64,000 nucleotides of DNA, from the IMG/VR virus record IMGVR_UViG_3300032050_000002. One strand, 5' to 3'. The stretch comes from a virus. Lineage: Duplodnaviria; Caudoviricetes. Below the pieces are notes generated by a model. The model did not search any database, was not told the DNA's origin, and worked only from the letters and a program-made list of their open reading frames with translations. Positions 38,534-49,296 of this stretch are shown here, one piece after another (within the stretch, counting starts at the first letter, position 1; every line of letters starts with the position of its first letter). A program made the position numbers and the translations under genes.

Positions 38534-39382
38534 ATGGCGACAAACAATTCACTCGACGCGGTACTGGCGCAGTACGAAAATTCAAAACAGGGGTCATCAT
38601 CCACCTCTAAAATGTCTCAAGACGAAAGGATGAAAAAATACTTCGCGGCAATCCTTAAAGACAACGAAAAACAAGGACAAAAACGATTAAGAATTCTACC
38701 AACAAAAGACGGCTCTTCACCATTCAAAGAAGTTTGGTTTCACGAAGTTCAGGTAGATGGTAAATGGCAAAAATTCTACGACCCAGGTAAAAATGACAAC
38801 GAACGTTCTCCTTTAACTGAGGTTTATGAAGAATTAATGGCAACAGGAAAAGAGTCTGATAAGAAGTTGGCAACACAATACAAACCACGTAAGTTTTATA
38901 TTGTTAAAGTTGTTGATAGAGATAACGAATCTGATGGAGTTAAATTCTGGAGATTCAAACACAACTATAAAAATGAAGGAATCTTAGATAAAATTATTCC
39001 AATTTGGAGAGCAAAAGGAGACATCACAGACCCTGAAAAAGGTAGAGATATTATTCTTGAGTTAACCAAAGCAAAAACACCAAACGGAGCGGTATATACA
39101 GTAATTCAAACAATTATGTATGATGACCCGGCACCGATTCACGAAAAGAAAGAAACAGGCGATTCTTGGGTTAATGACGAATTAACTTGGGAAGATGTAT
39201 ACTCTAAAAAACCTGAAGAATATCTTGAGGCAATTGCAAGAGGAGAGACTCCACGTTGGGATTCAGATGCGGGTAAATACGTTTATGGAAATTCTGACGA
39301 ACAAACAATTGATATGGGTAGTAAAAAATCTACAAAAGACCCACAGGCTGACGCAGAACCTGATGAAGATATGCCATTTTAA
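38534..39382 (+). CDS. Single-stranded DNA-binding protein (T4 gp32-like)
   Basis: RLRILP....SPFKEVWFH, RKFYIVKVVDRD, DPEKGRDI and an acidic tail ending DEDMPF. Confidence 0.8.
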   Translation: MATNNSLDAVLAQYENSKQGSSSTSKMSQDERMKKYFAAILKDNEKQGQKRLRILPTKDGSSPFKEVWFHEVQVDGKWQKFYDPGKNDNERSPLTEVYEELMATGKESDKKLATQYKPRKFYIVKVVDRDNESDGVKFWRFKHNYKNEGILDKIIPIWRAKGDITDPEKGRDIILELTKAKTPNGAVYTVIQTIMYDDPAPIHEKKETGDSWVNDELTWEDVYSKKPEEYLEAIARGETPRWDSDAGKYVYGNSDEQTIDMGSKKSTKDPQADAEPDEDMPF

Positions 39383-39397
39383 AATTTATTAATCATT

Positions 39398-39424
39398 GCG
39401 TGGACAAATCGTCCACGCTTTATT
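39398..39424 (+). terminator. GC-rich hairpin after SSB gene
   Basis: GCGTGGAC-aaatc-GTCCACGC followed by TTTATT. Confidence 0.6.
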
Positions 39425-39435
39425 ACATTTAACTT

Positions 39436-39669
39436 ATGAAAGCGACGAATAACGAAAACAAAATTACAGAAAAAATGTATAAGGCTTTATGTGCCAAATA
39501 CGAATCACAAGCTTTAGAGGCTGAGGCATCACTACTTGTTTATTTTACTTCACCTGTTGGAATTGGAGAACATCCACAACATATTGAAGAAATGGATAAA
39601 CTTGTTGAAAAGATTGCAAACGCAAAAGACAAATTAGAAACAATTAAAGAATTCTATAAATACGAATAA
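39436..39669 (+). CDS. Small helical hypothetical protein (VGIGEHP motif)
   Basis: 77 aa, two amphipathic helices around PVGIGEHP. Confidence 0.6.
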   Translation: MKATNNENKITEKMYKALCAKYESQALEAEASLLVYFTSPVGIGEHPQHIEEMDKLVEKIANAKDKLETIKEFYKYE

Positions 39670-39671
39670 TT

Positions 39672-40661
39672 ATGGCGATTAAGAAAAAAGAAATAACTTT
39701 AGATTCCATAAAATCTAAGTTCTCCACAAAAACTAAATATAAACCAGAGAGTTATTATAGTTGTGGAGATGCTTTTATGGGAGCTTGTGGGTTACCAGGT
39801 CCTATTATGGGAGGTATTAATATGTTCTTAGGGCACTCTAATAGTAGTAAAACAACCGCCATGATTTTGGCAGGAGTTGACGCTCAAAAGAAAGGACATC
39901 TACCCGTATTCATAATTACTGAAAAGAAATGGAGTTGGTCTCATGCGGTTGAACTTGGATTAAAAGCAGAACAAAATGAACAAGGGGAGTGGGACGGTGA
40001 TTTTATTTTTAATGATAGTTTTGATTATATTGAACAAGCAACTGATTTTATAAATGAAGTTTTAGATGCTCAAGAAAAAGGAGAATTACCATATAGTTTA
40101 TTATTCTTATGGGATTCTGTTGGGTCAATCCCATGTAAAATGACCTTTGAAGGTAAAGGTGGAAAAATGCACAACGCATCTGCTTTAGCGGATAGAATAG
40201 GAATGGGAGTACATTCAAGAATATCTAAATCAAAAAAAGAAGATTATCCTTATTATAATACTATGGTAGTAGTTAATCAACCTTGGGTTGATTTACCTGA
40301 CAATCCATTTGGACAACCTGAGATTAAGGCGAAAGGTGGAGAGGCATTGTGGTTGGCATCTTCTTTAGTTTTTCTATTTGGAAATCAAAAGAAAGCAGGT
40401 ATTAATCATATTACCGCAACTAAAAATGGTAGAACTGTTAGATATGCTATTAGAACCAAAATATCGATTATTAAAAATCACGTAAATGGTTTGGGTTATA
40501 ATGATGGTAAAATTATTGCCGTACCACAAGGTTATATTTCCGATACAAAAGAGGCTTTGGAAGAATATAAAAAACAATATTCTAGTTATTGGAATGCTGT
40601 TCTTTCAGGTACAGGGGAAATTTTATTAGATGAAGAAGTTGTAGATAGTTTGGAAGACTAA
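39672..40661 (+). CDS. uvsX: RecA/UvsX-like recombinase
   Basis: Walker A GHSNSSKTT, Walker B LFLWDSVGS, VVVNQPW, KGGEALW. Confidence 0.85.
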   Translation: MAIKKKEITLDSIKSKFSTKTKYKPESYYSCGDAFMGACGLPGPIMGGINMFLGHSNSSKTTAMILAGVDAQKKGHLPVFIITEKKWSWSHAVELGLKAEQNEQGEWDGDFIFNDSFDYIEQATDFINEVLDAQEKGELPYSLLFLWDSVGSIPCKMTFEGKGGKMHNASALADRIGMGVHSRISKSKKEDYPYYNTMVVVNQPWVDLPDNPFGQPEIKAKGGEALWLASSLVFLFGNQKKAGINHITATKNGRTVRYAIRTKISIIKNHVNGLGYNDGKIIAVPQGYISDTKEALEEYKKQYSSYWNAVLSGTGEILLDEEVVDSLED

Positions 40662-40671
40662 AAAACAAAAA

Positions 40672-41679
40672 GTGATTAAAACATTATTGGTTGACGGAAA
40701 CAACCTATTTAAAATAGGACTTCACGGAGTTAAGGATTATTACCATAATGCTAGACATATTGGGGCAATCTGGCACTTCGTGAATACTTTAAGAAAATTT
40801 ATTGAAGAAAGTAATTTCGACAAAGTAGTTGTATTTTGGGATGGAAATGAGAATTCAGTTGCTAGAAAAACAATTTACCCTCAGTATAAAGAAAATAGAA
40901 GAGAATTAGACAACCCATTCAAAGAAGAATCTTCTAATTATCAGAAAGAAAGAATCAAACAATACTTAGAAGAAACATTTGTAAGACAAATCAATGTTGA
41001 AAAGAATGAGGCGGATGATTTGATATCATACTATTGTCAAATTTCAACTAACGAACACAAAACAATATTCTCATCCGACAAAGATTTAACCCAATTAATT
41101 TCAGAAAACGTAACAATATATTCACCTTCAACAAGACAATATTATAAGCATGGTGATAAGATTAGAATATACGATTATGAGTTCCCACACTATAATATAA
41201 AGACTTATAAGATATTATCGGGAGATAAATCAGATAATATTGACGGAATCTACTATTTGGGGGAAAAAACTTTAGTAAAATTATTTCCTGAGATACTTGA
41301 AAAACCAATTTCTTTTACCGATATTTTAAATAGAGCTGAAGAACTCTTAAAAGAGGACAAAGAGAACAAGGTATTAAAGAATTTACTAACAGGAAAAACA
41401 AAAACGGGAATATATGGAGAGGAATTCTTCGAAATCAATCAAAAGATTGTTGACTTATCAAACCCAATTATCACAGAAGAAGGAAAAGAAATCGTTGAAC
41501 TTTATTATAATGAAACATTAGACCCTGAAGGAAGAGGTTATCGAAACTTAATTAAACTTATGATGGAAGATGGTTTTTTTAAGTTCCTACCAAAAGGAGA
41601 TGACGCATGGGTTAATTTTATAAAACCATTTTTAAAGTTAACAAGAAAAGAAAAGAAAAAATACCAAACAAATAAATAA
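40672..41679 (+). CDS. 5'-3' exonuclease / flap endonuclease (T4 RNase H-like)
   Basis: LLVDGNN, EADDLI, SSDKDLTQL, GDKSDNIDGIYYLGEKT (H3TH). GTG start. Confidence 0.9.
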   Translation: MIKTLLVDGNNLFKIGLHGVKDYYHNARHIGAIWHFVNTLRKFIEESNFDKVVVFWDGNENSVARKTIYPQYKENRRELDNPFKEESSNYQKERIKQYLEETFVRQINVEKNEADDLISYYCQISTNEHKTIFSSDKDLTQLISENVTIYSPSTRQYYKHGDKIRIYDYEFPHYNIKTYKILSGDKSDNIDGIYYLGEKTLVKLFPEILEKPISFTDILNRAEELLKEDKENKVLKNLLTGKTKTGIYGEEFFEINQKIVDLSNPIITEEGKEIVELYYNETLDPEGRGYRNLIKLMMEDGFFKFLPKGDDAWVNFIKPFLKLTRKEKKKYQTNK

Positions 41680-41680
41680 T

Positions 41681-42133
41681 ATGAAAGAGCAACAAGAAAG
41701 CACAAAGTTAGAGTTTGTAATGATGGTTAACAATAACATCATCGTACAAAGATTCTTCAATGTTAGAGATTATAATCCTAACGCAAAAAGTTCACTTGAA
41801 CTGTATGAGTATCTAAAAGATTTAAAGGATGAATTATCCTATGAATTAAAGATGAAGACCGCAGTTTATATGTTGGATAACAGGTATGAGATTGAGAACA
41901 ATCCTGAAGTTTTAAACACGTCTTATACTGACGGACCTGAATCATTTAATATCTTTCTTAAAGAAGGAGATAAGACAATTTGTCATAGAAGATTCGACGC
42001 AAAAATCTATCCACCTAAAATAAGATACACCGTAGACATACGTCCGCACATAAAAAGTATTCTTTCGGGTTTAACTGACATTTTTTCATCTGAAAATTTA
42101 ACTTACAAATACCTTGAAGTTAATACAATTTAA
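41681..42133 (+). CDS. Hypothetical protein in replication operon
   Basis: 150 aa ORF tightly packed between exonuclease and helicase. Confidence 0.65.
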   Translation: MKEQQESTKLEFVMMVNNNIIVQRFFNVRDYNPNAKSSLELYEYLKDLKDELSYELKMKTAVYMLDNRYEIENNPEVLNTSYTDGPESFNIFLKEGDKTICHRRFDAKIYPPKIRYTVDIRPHIKSILSGLTDIFSSENLTYKYLEVNTI

Positions 42134-42162
42134 GAATATTTATCAATACAATTATATAACTT

Positions 42163-43542
42163 ATGGCGTCAAACAAAAATTTCGAGTATCTAGGTAGTAC
42201 TTTCCAACTTCAACTTCTAAACCAAATTATCGTAGATAAAGATTTTTCAAGGTCAATTATTGATGTCATGGATTCTCAATACTTTGAGAATAAGTATTTC
42301 AAATTAATATTCCAAATGATTAAGGAATATTACGGGAAATACGAACACACCCCTAATTTCGATACTTTAGAACAAATTACTAAGTCTGAATTACAACAAG
42401 AATTAGCGTCTAAAATAGTTTTAGATACGTTAGTTAAAGTTAAGGACGCACCTCACGAAGGAAGTACCTTCGTTCAAGACAAAGCAATGAAATTCTGTAA
42501 ACAACAAGAATTACAGAAAGCAATTACTAAGGCTCAAAAAGTAATCGATGGCGGTGAATTTGAGAACTATGAACAATTAGAAACCTTGGTTAGAGAGGCT
42601 TTACAAGTTGGAGAGAGAGAAGACGGAATGTCTGACGTTTTCTTTAACCTAGATGATGTATTAAATGAAGATTACAGACACCCTATCCCTATGGGAATAC
42701 CGGGTATTGATAGATTATTAAAGGGAGGTTTGGCAAAAGGAGAAATTGGCGTTATCTTAGCACCAACTGGCGTAGGTAAATCAACATTCTTGACTAAAAT
42801 ATCAAATCACGCGTATAATCTTGGATATAACGTCCTTCAAATCTTTTTTGAGGACAATCCAAAGATTATTCAAAGAAAACATATTACTTTATGGACAAAG
42901 GTTCATCCTGATGAATTATCCATTAAGAAAGATGAAGTAATGGCAAAGGTTCAAGAAGTTAGAGACTCTATGCCAAACAGATTAATCTTAAAGAAATTAC
43001 CATCGGACACTATGACAATGTTACAAATCAAGAATCAGATTAGAAAAATGATTGCCGATGGTATTAAAATCGATATGGTTTTATTAGATTATATTGATTG
43101 TGTTGTTCCTGATAAGAACTTAGGTGACGAATGGAAATCAGAAGGTTCGGTTATGAGAGCATTTGAAGCGATGTGTCACGAACTATCAATAGTTGGATGG
43201 ACGGCAACACAAGGTAATAGAAGTTCAATTTCATCTGAGGTTGTAACAACAGACCAAATGGGTGGGTCAATTAAAAAGGCTCAAGTTGGTCACGTTATCA
43301 TATCTGTTGCAAAAACATTACAACAAAAAGAAATGAAACTTGCAACCATTGCAATTACAAAATCACGTATCGGAGATGATGGTGTGGTTTTTGAGAACTG
43401 TAAATTTGACAACGGGATGTTAGAGATTGATACTGAAAGTTCGGTAACATTCTTAGGATTAGAAGAACAAAAAGAAGAACAAAATAGACAAAGAGTAAAA
43501 GATTTACTTGAGAAGAGAAAACAAAGACAGCAAAATAATTAA
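42163..43542 (+). CDS. Replicative DNA helicase (DnaB / T4 gp41-like)
   Basis: [32 protein letters not shown]. Confidence 0.9.
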   Translation: MASNKNFEYLGSTFQLQLLNQIIVDKDFSRSIIDVMDSQYFENKYFKLIFQMIKEYYGKYEHTPNFDTLEQITKSELQQELASKIVLDTLVKVKDAPHEGSTFVQDKAMKFCKQQELQKAITKAQKVIDGGEFENYEQLETLVREALQVGEREDGMSDVFFNLDDVLNEDYRHPIPMGIPGIDRLLKGGLAKGEIGVILAPTGVGKSTFLTKISNHAYNLGYNVLQIFFEDNPKIIQRKHITLWTKVHPDELSIKKDEVMAKVQEVRDSMPNRLILKKLPSDTMTMLQIKNQIRKMIADGIKIDMVLLDYIDCVVPDKNLGDEWKSEGSVMRAFEAMCHELSIVGWTATQGNRSSISSEVVTTDQMGGSIKKAQVGHVIISVAKTLQQKEMKLATIAITKSRIGDDGVVFENCKFDNGMLEIDTESSVTFLGLEEQKEEQNRQRVKDLLEKRKQRQQNN

Positions 43543-43544
43543 TT

Positions 43545-44492
43545 ATGGAAAAAATATTAAAAGAGAATCCAAACAGGTTTGTTATATTTCCAATCGAATA
43601 TAATGATATTTGGGAATACTATAAACAACACCAAGCCGCTTTTTGGACGGCAGAAGAAATTGATTTAACGGGAGATATTCGAGATTGGGAAAACCTTTCA
43701 GATAATGAAAGATATTTCATCAAAAATATTTTATCGTTTTTCGCCGCGTCAGACGGTATTGTAAATGAAAATCTGGCAGAAAATTTCTACAGAGAAGTTC
43801 AATATCCTGAGGCTAAATTCTTCTATGGATTTCAGTTGATGATGGAGAACATACACTCATTAATGTATTCTTTATTAATTGATACTTATGTCTCTAACCC
43901 CAAAGAAAAAGATGATTGCTTTAACGCAATCGACAAGTTACCTGCGGTTCAAAAAAAGGCTACGTGGGCTCTTGAATGGATTAAAAACGCATCTTTCCAA
44001 GAAAGATTGGTGGCATTTGCCGCGGTAGAAGGAATATTCTTCTCAGGTTCTTTCTGTTCTGTATTTTGGTTAAAATCAAGAGGAATTATGCAAGGTTTGT
44101 GTAACGCAAACGCATTAATATTTAAAGATGAAAACTTACATTGTGATTTCGCAATTCATTTGTTAAACAATCACGTTGAAGATAAACCAAGCGAGAAACG
44201 AATTAAAGAAATTTTATTGTCCGCATTAGAAATTGAAAAGGAATTTATCACCGAATCATTACCGGTATCATTAATAGGTATGAATTCAAATCTAATGAAA
44301 CAATATTTGGAATTTGTGGTAGACGGTCTACTTGTTAAATTGGGTTGTAAAAAACAATTTAATGTAGAACAACCATTCAAGTTTATGGAACAAATTGCCG
44401 TTGAAACCAAAGGAAACTTCTTTGAATCAAGAACCGTTGAGTACCAAAAGGCTAAATTAAATGAAACAATTAATTTTACAGAAGATTTTTAA
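43545..44492 (+). CDS. nrdB: Ribonucleotide reductase class Ia beta subunit
   Basis: [29 protein letters not shown] (radical Tyr), VEGIFF, DENLH. Confidence 0.95.
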   Translation: MEKILKENPNRFVIFPIEYNDIWEYYKQHQAAFWTAEEIDLTGDIRDWENLSDNERYFIKNILSFFAASDGIVNENLAENFYREVQYPEAKFFYGFQLMMENIHSLMYSLLIDTYVSNPKEKDDCFNAIDKLPAVQKKATWALEWIKNASFQERLVAFAAVEGIFFSGSFCSVFWLKSRGIMQGLCNANALIFKDENLHCDFAIHLLNNHVEDKPSEKRIKEILLSALEIEKEFITESLPVSLIGMNSNLMKQYLEFVVDGLLVKLGCKKQFNVEQPFKFMEQIAVETKGNFFESRTVEYQKAKLNETINFTEDF

Positions 44493-44493
44493 C

Positions 44494-46917
44494 ATGATGT
44501 CACTAAAGATTAAAAAAAGAAGTGGAGAGGAAGTATCTTTTAACCCACAAAAGATTTATAATAGAATTAAAAAGGCCGCAAAAGGATTAAATGTTAATTC
44601 TGATGAGATTTTTATTAAAGTTATAACATCAGTTCCTGTTGAGGGGCATATCACAACAAAAGAATTAGACAAATTAGTGTATGAGATTGCCGCCGCTTAT
44701 ACTGGTAGTCATCACGACTATTCCCGTTTAGCGTCTTCAGTTGCGATATCATCTTATCATAAAGAAACTAATCCAAGTTTTTACGAGACTATGGAAGAAC
44801 TTTATGAAGCCGGTATTGTTAACAAAGATTTCATTATTTTAATGCAAATGTTTGGTAAAGAAAAAATTGATTCCATAATAAATCACGACAATGATTATAA
44901 TTTTGATTATTTTGCTTGGAGGTCGCTGCAAGAAATGTATCTTTTAAAGTTACCTAACGGTAAAACTATTGAAAGACCACAACATATGTATATGAGAGTT
45001 GCGTTATGGGTAACAAATAGCTTTGATGATGCTATTGAGTACTATAAGTCATTATCAAATCAGTTAATTTCTCCGGCAACACCAATTATGATTAACGCAG
45101 GAACAAAAGTACCTCAGTTAGCATCGTGTGTATTACACTACAACAACTCAGATTCAAGAGAAGGACTCCTTCAAACAATGAATGACATCTCAACTTACTC
45201 ATCTGACGCTGCCGGTATCGGTTTATCTATGAGTAACATTAGAAGTAAAGAAAGTAGAATATCAACTTCAGGGGGATTTGCGGGAGGGTTATTAAAATAC
45301 CTTAAAATTGTTAACGAGTCATTAAGATTTTTTAATCAACAAGGCAGAAGACCCGGTAGTGCCGCAATTTACCTTGAACCTTGGCATAAAGATATTTTTG
45401 ACCTATTAGAAATTAAAAAGAATACGGGAGCGGAAGAATTAAGAGCGAGAGATTTATTTACTGCACTTTGGATTCCTGACAATTTTATGAGAGCGGTTAA
45501 GAACAATGAAGACTGGTATTTATTCTGTCCTAACGACATTAAAAAGGCGGGTATTAAACCACTACAAGAATGTTATGGTGATGAATACGAATCCAATTAC
45601 GCTCTTGCCGTTTCAATGGGACTTGGAAAAAAAGTTAAAGCTCAAGATGTTTGGACTAAAGTTATTGAATCTCAAGTTGAAACAGGAGTTCCTTATTTAT
45701 GTTCAAAAGATAATGCTAATAAAAAGACTAATCATCAAAACATTGGAGTTATTAAACAATCGAATTTATGTAATGAGATTTATCAATATACTGATGAGAA
45801 AACGACCGCTATCTGCACACTATCTTCAATGGTATTAAAAAACTTTATTGTTGACGGTAAATTTGATTTTAAGTTACTATATGATGAAACAAGAAAAGTT
45901 GTAAAAGCACTAAACAAAGTGGTTGACGTAAATAATTATTCAACCGAAAAAGGTAAAAAAGGTGGGTTAGAACAGAGAGCAATTGCAATAGGAACACAAG
46001 GACTTGCGGATGTTTTCTACTTAATGGATTATGGATTTACATCGCCTGAAGCGAAAAAACTAAATAAGTTTATTTTTGAAACTATATATTTTGCCGCAAT
46101 TACAGAAAGTAATGATTTATGTAAAAACGGAAAAAGAAAACCATATGAGTTCTTTGACGGTTCACCAATGTCAAAAGGTGTATTTCAGTTTGATATGTGG
46201 GGATTAAAAGATATTGATTTATCAGGAATGTGGGATTGGACTCAATTAAAAGAAGATGTTAAAAATTATGGTGTGTGTAACTCATTATTCACAGCACAAA
46301 TGCCTGTAGCGTCATCAGCAAAAATTACTGGTTCGTATGAAATGACAGAACCCGCTCATTCGGCAATTTTTAATAGAAGAGTTGTTGGAGGTGAGATTAT
46401 GATTGTTAACAAATACTTAATTAACGATTTTGAAAAACTTGGTATTTGGTGTGAAGACCTAAAAAATGAAATCATTTTAAATGAGGGGTCAATACAAGGA
46501 ATTAATTTTAATAATTACTTAGATGTTGAAGATAAAAATTATCATAAAAAAGTTAAACGTATTGAAAATTTAATACCAAAATACAAAACAATTTGGGAAA
46601 TTTCACAAAGAGAATTAATTGATATGGCGGCAGATAGAGCACCATTCATTGACCAATCACAATCAATGAATATATACATGAGTAACCCTACTCTATCAAA
46701 AATAACATCATCACACTTCCATTCTTGGGAGAAAGGTTTAAAAACTTTATGTTATTATGTTAGAACTAAAGCAATCTCAACGGGAGCAAAACATTTAGCG
46801 GTTGATATCTCAAAAATAGAAAAACCTAAAACAACTCCTGAAGCACCAAAGGTAGATTTTAAATTACCTGAAAAACCTAAAAACAGTGAATTTGAATGTT
46901 TTGGATGTTCTTCTTAA
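44494..46917 (+). CDS. nrdA: Ribonucleotide reductase class I alpha subunit with ATP cone
   Basis: KIKKRSG ATP cone, SPATP, LASC, QQGRRPG, SNLCNE, YYVRT, C-terminal CFGC. Start moved to 44494 (or 44497), after the nrdB stop. Confidence 0.95.
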   Translation: MMSLKIKKRSGEEVSFNPQKIYNRIKKAAKGLNVNSDEIFIKVITSVPVEGHITTKELDKLVYEIAAAYTGSHHDYSRLASSVAISSYHKETNPSFYETMEELYEAGIVNKDFIILMQMFGKEKIDSIINHDNDYNFDYFAWRSLQEMYLLKLPNGKTIERPQHMYMRVALWVTNSFDDAIEYYKSLSNQLISPATPIMINAGTKVPQLASCVLHYNNSDSREGLLQTMNDISTYSSDAAGIGLSMSNIRSKESRISTSGGFAGGLLKYLKIVNESLRFFNQQGRRPGSAAIYLEPWHKDIFDLLEIKKNTGAEELRARDLFTALWIPDNFMRAVKNNEDWYLFCPNDIKKAGIKPLQECYGDEYESNYALAVSMGLGKKVKAQDVWTKVIESQVETGVPYLCSKDNANKKTNHQNIGVIKQSNLCNEIYQYTDEKTTAICTLSSMVLKNFIVDGKFDFKLLYDETRKVVKALNKVVDVNNYSTEKGKKGGLEQRAIAIGTQGLADVFYLMDYGFTSPEAKKLNKFIFETIYFAAITESNDLCKNGKRKPYEFFDGSPMSKGVFQFDMWGLKDIDLSGMWDWTQLKEDVKNYGVCNSLFTAQMPVASSAKITGSYEMTEPAHSAIFNRRVVGGEIMIVNKYLINDFEKLGIWCEDLKNEIILNEGSIQGINFNNYLDVEDKNYHKKVKRIENLIPKYKTIWEISQRELIDMAADRAPFIDQSQSMNIYMSNPTLSKITSSHFHSWEKGLKTLCYYVRTKAISTGAKHLAVDISKIEKPKTTPEAPKVDFKLPEKPKNSEFECFGCSS

Positions 46918-46921
46918 TATT

Positions 46922-46947
46922 AATCCCGACATAGTTCGGGATTTTTT
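46922..46947 (+). terminator. Intrinsic terminator after nrdA
   Basis: AATCCCGA-catagt-TCGGGATTTTTT. Confidence 0.85.
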
Positions 46948-46990
46948 ATTTATATCTATTTATAGAAAATAAACAGAACATATATTTATA
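46947..46990 (+). promoter_or_regulatory. Three TATTTATA copies before the baseplate operon
   Basis: Copies at 46947-46954, 46957-46964 and 46983-46990; ATG at 46994. Confidence 0.55.
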
Positions 46991-46993
46991 TGT

Positions 46994-47452
46994 ATGGCAG
47001 AATACCCAACATATGGAATAAATTTTCCATTTAGAGATTCTTATGAAGGAACTTATTTTGATTTATCTGTTAATTCTGAGGAAGAAGTTAGGTCAAACTT
47101 AATCCATTTGCTATTAACAAGAAAAGGAACGAGATATTTTTTACCTGATTTTGGAACTAGATTATACGAATTTATTTTTGACCCAATGGATGGACCTACT
47201 TTTTCAGAAATTGAAGGAGAAATAAGAGAATCGGTTTCTCAATATATTCCGGGAATAACAATAACTAATATTGAAGTAAAACCGGCCTCTGAAGATGAAG
47301 AAGGTAGAGGGACTTATATTAATTCTGACGGTAAAAGAGAATTTGTTGTACCGGGTATTAGTCAAAAAGAACATACCGCAAAAATAAAGATTGATTACAT
47401 ATTAACTGAAACTGCTTTTAATACAAGTGATTTTGTAATTATTAATATTTAA
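46994..47452 (+). CDS. Baseplate wedge subunit (gp25-like)
   Basis: VRSNLIHLLLTRKGTRYFLPDFGTRLYEFIFDP. Confidence 0.9.
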   Translation: MAEYPTYGINFPFRDSYEGTYFDLSVNSEEEVRSNLIHLLLTRKGTRYFLPDFGTRLYEFIFDPMDGPTFSEIEGEIRESVSQYIPGITITNIEVKPASEDEEGRGTYINSDGKREFVVPGISQKEHTAKIKIDYILTETAFNTSDFVIINI

Positions 47453-47457
47453 AAAAT

Positions 47458-49296
47458 ATGGCAAATAAAAAAATATCTTACACAACAAGGGATTTCCAAT
47501 CAATAAGAACTGAATTAATTAATTTTACAAAAACTTATTATCCTGACTTAGTTGAGAACGTTAATGACGCCTCCATCTTTTCAGTTTTAATAGATTTAAA
47601 CGCGGCGGTAACTGATAACCTACAATATAATATTGATAGAAGTATACAGGAGACGGTATTACAATATGCACAACAAAAATCATCAATATATAATATTGCT
47701 AGAACTTACGGGTTAAAAATTCCGGGACAAAGACCTTCAGTTGCTTTAGTTGATTTCTCAATTACGGTACCGGCGGATAATGATAAAGAAGATTTAAGGT
47801 ATTGTGGGATTTTAAGAACGGGAGCACAAGTTAATGGTGCTGGCCAAATTTTTGAAACTGTTTATGATATAGATTTTAGTTCAGATGTTAATGTTGAGGG
47901 GGTTACTAATAGACTAAAAATTCCTAATTTTGATGCCAATAATAAATTGATTAATTATACCATAGTTAAAAGAGAAACTGTTGTTAATGGAGTTACTAAA
48001 GTTTTTAAAAGAGTTATAACCCCTAACGATATTAAACCATTTTTTGAATTATTTTTACCCGAAAGAAACGTGTTAGGAATTACAAGTGTATTACTTAAAG
48101 ACGGAACTCAATACGCTAACGTACCAACAACTCAAGAATTTTTATCATTGGATAATAGATGGTATGAGGTTAAAGCTTTAGTAGAAGACAGAGTCTTTGT
48201 AGAAGACCCAACTAAAGTATCAGATAACCCCGCAATAAAAGTGGGAAAATATTTAACAGTACAAAATAAATTTATCAGTGAATTCACACCTGAAGGGTTT
48301 TGTAAACTAACCTTTGGAGGAGGTTCACAATCTGCTGATGAACAACTAAAAGAATTTGCGAGAAACGGACTTAAATTAGACCTTTATAAATATTCTAATA
48401 ATTTTGCGTTAGGTAGTACTTTAAAAGCAAATACAACTTTATTTGTGCAATATCGAATTGGAGGTGGTACAGGAAGTAATTTAGGTGTAAATGTTATTAC
48501 TCAAATAGGAACGGTATCATTTTTTGTTAATGGACCTTCACAATCAATGAACACAAATGTTATAAATTCTTTAAGGTGTAATAACGTAACCGCGGCAATT
48601 GGTGGTGCTAACAATCCAACAATGGAAGAAGTTAGAAATATGGTGGCGTTTAATTTTGCTGCCCAAGATAGAGCTGTAACTATTAATGATTACGAATCAA
48701 TAATAAGAACTATGCCTTCTAAATTTGGAGCGCCGGCAAAAGTAAGTATTGTTGAGGAAAACAATAAAATAAAAATTAAGATGTTAGCGTATGATGACAC
48801 TGGAAATTTGACAGAAACTATATCAAATACGTTAAAAAGTAATGTTGCTAATTATTTATCAAACTACCGAATGATAAACGACTACATTTCAATAGAAACC
48901 GCTAATGTTATTGATTTAGGTATTAATATTAGTGTTGTTTTAGACGGTGCTCAAAACCAAGGTTCAGTTATATCACAAATAGTTAATGTTGTTTCTAATT
49001 ACTTTGCACCAGGAAATAGAGAAATGGGTCAAAATGTCAATGTGTCCGAAATAAGGAGACTAATTCAAAGTCAAAACGGAGTTATTACAATATCAGAAAT
49101 AAAGTTCTTTAATAAAGTGGGAGGTCAATACTCTTCATCACAAACATCCCAAAGATATGCGGTTCCGGCAACAAGAGAAATTGAATTAGTTGACGATACA
49201 ATATTTGCAGAACCAAGCCAAATGTATCAAGTTAGATTTCCAAGTAAAGATATTGTTGTTGCTCTTAAAAATCTAAGAAACACTAATTTCTCCTAA
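47458..49296 (+). CDS. Baseplate wedge protein (gp6 / baseplate J-like)
   Basis: YTTRDFQSIR, LTFGGG, YRIGGG..SN, AAIGGA, AQDRAVTINDY. Confidence 0.85.
   Translation: MANKKISYTTRDFQSIRTELINFTKTYYPDLVENVNDASIFSVLIDLNAAVTDNLQYNIDRSIQETVLQYAQQKSSIYNIARTYGLKIPGQRPSVALVDFSITVPADNDKEDLRYCGILRTGAQVNGAGQIFETVYDIDFSSDVNVEGVTNRLKIPNFDANNKLINYTIVKRETVVNGVTKVFKRVITPNDIKPFFELFLPERNVLGITSVLLKDGTQYANVPTTQEFLSLDNRWYEVKALVEDRVFVEDPTKVSDNPAIKVGKYLTVQNKFISEFTPEGFCKLTFGGGSQSADEQLKEFARNGLKLDLYKYSNNFALGSTLKANTTLFVQYRIGGGTGSNLGVNVITQIGTVSFFVNGPSQSMNTNVINSLRCNNVTAAIGGANNPTMEEVRNMVAFNFAAQDRAVTINDYESIIRTMPSKFGAPAKVSIVEENNKIKIKMLAYDDTGNLTETISNTLKSNVANYLSNYRMINDYISIETANVIDLGINISVVLDGAQNQGSVISQIVNVVSNYFAPGNREMGQNVNVSEIRRLIQSQNGVITISEIKFFNKVGGQYSSSQTSQRYAVPATREIELVDDTIFAEPSQMYQVRFPSKDIVVALKNLRNTNFS

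Noticed and set aside
16456-44493. Track start sites at 16456, 21234 and 44461
   Set aside because: They overlap the upstream gene or the promoter motif. Downstream ATGs at 16489, 21249 and 44494/44497 fit gene packing and domain starts better.
8315-46917. Inteins, introns or homing endonucleases in polymerase, helicases or RNR
   Set aside because: Protein lengths and motif spacing are normal. No intein termini or LAGLIDADG/HNH/GIY-YIG motifs were recognised.
43545-46917. Eukaryotic giant-virus origin suggested by eukaryote-like RNR, SNF2 and PolB
   Set aside because: Sheath, tube, neck and baseplate genes, intrinsic terminators and coupled operons identify a bacterial myovirus.
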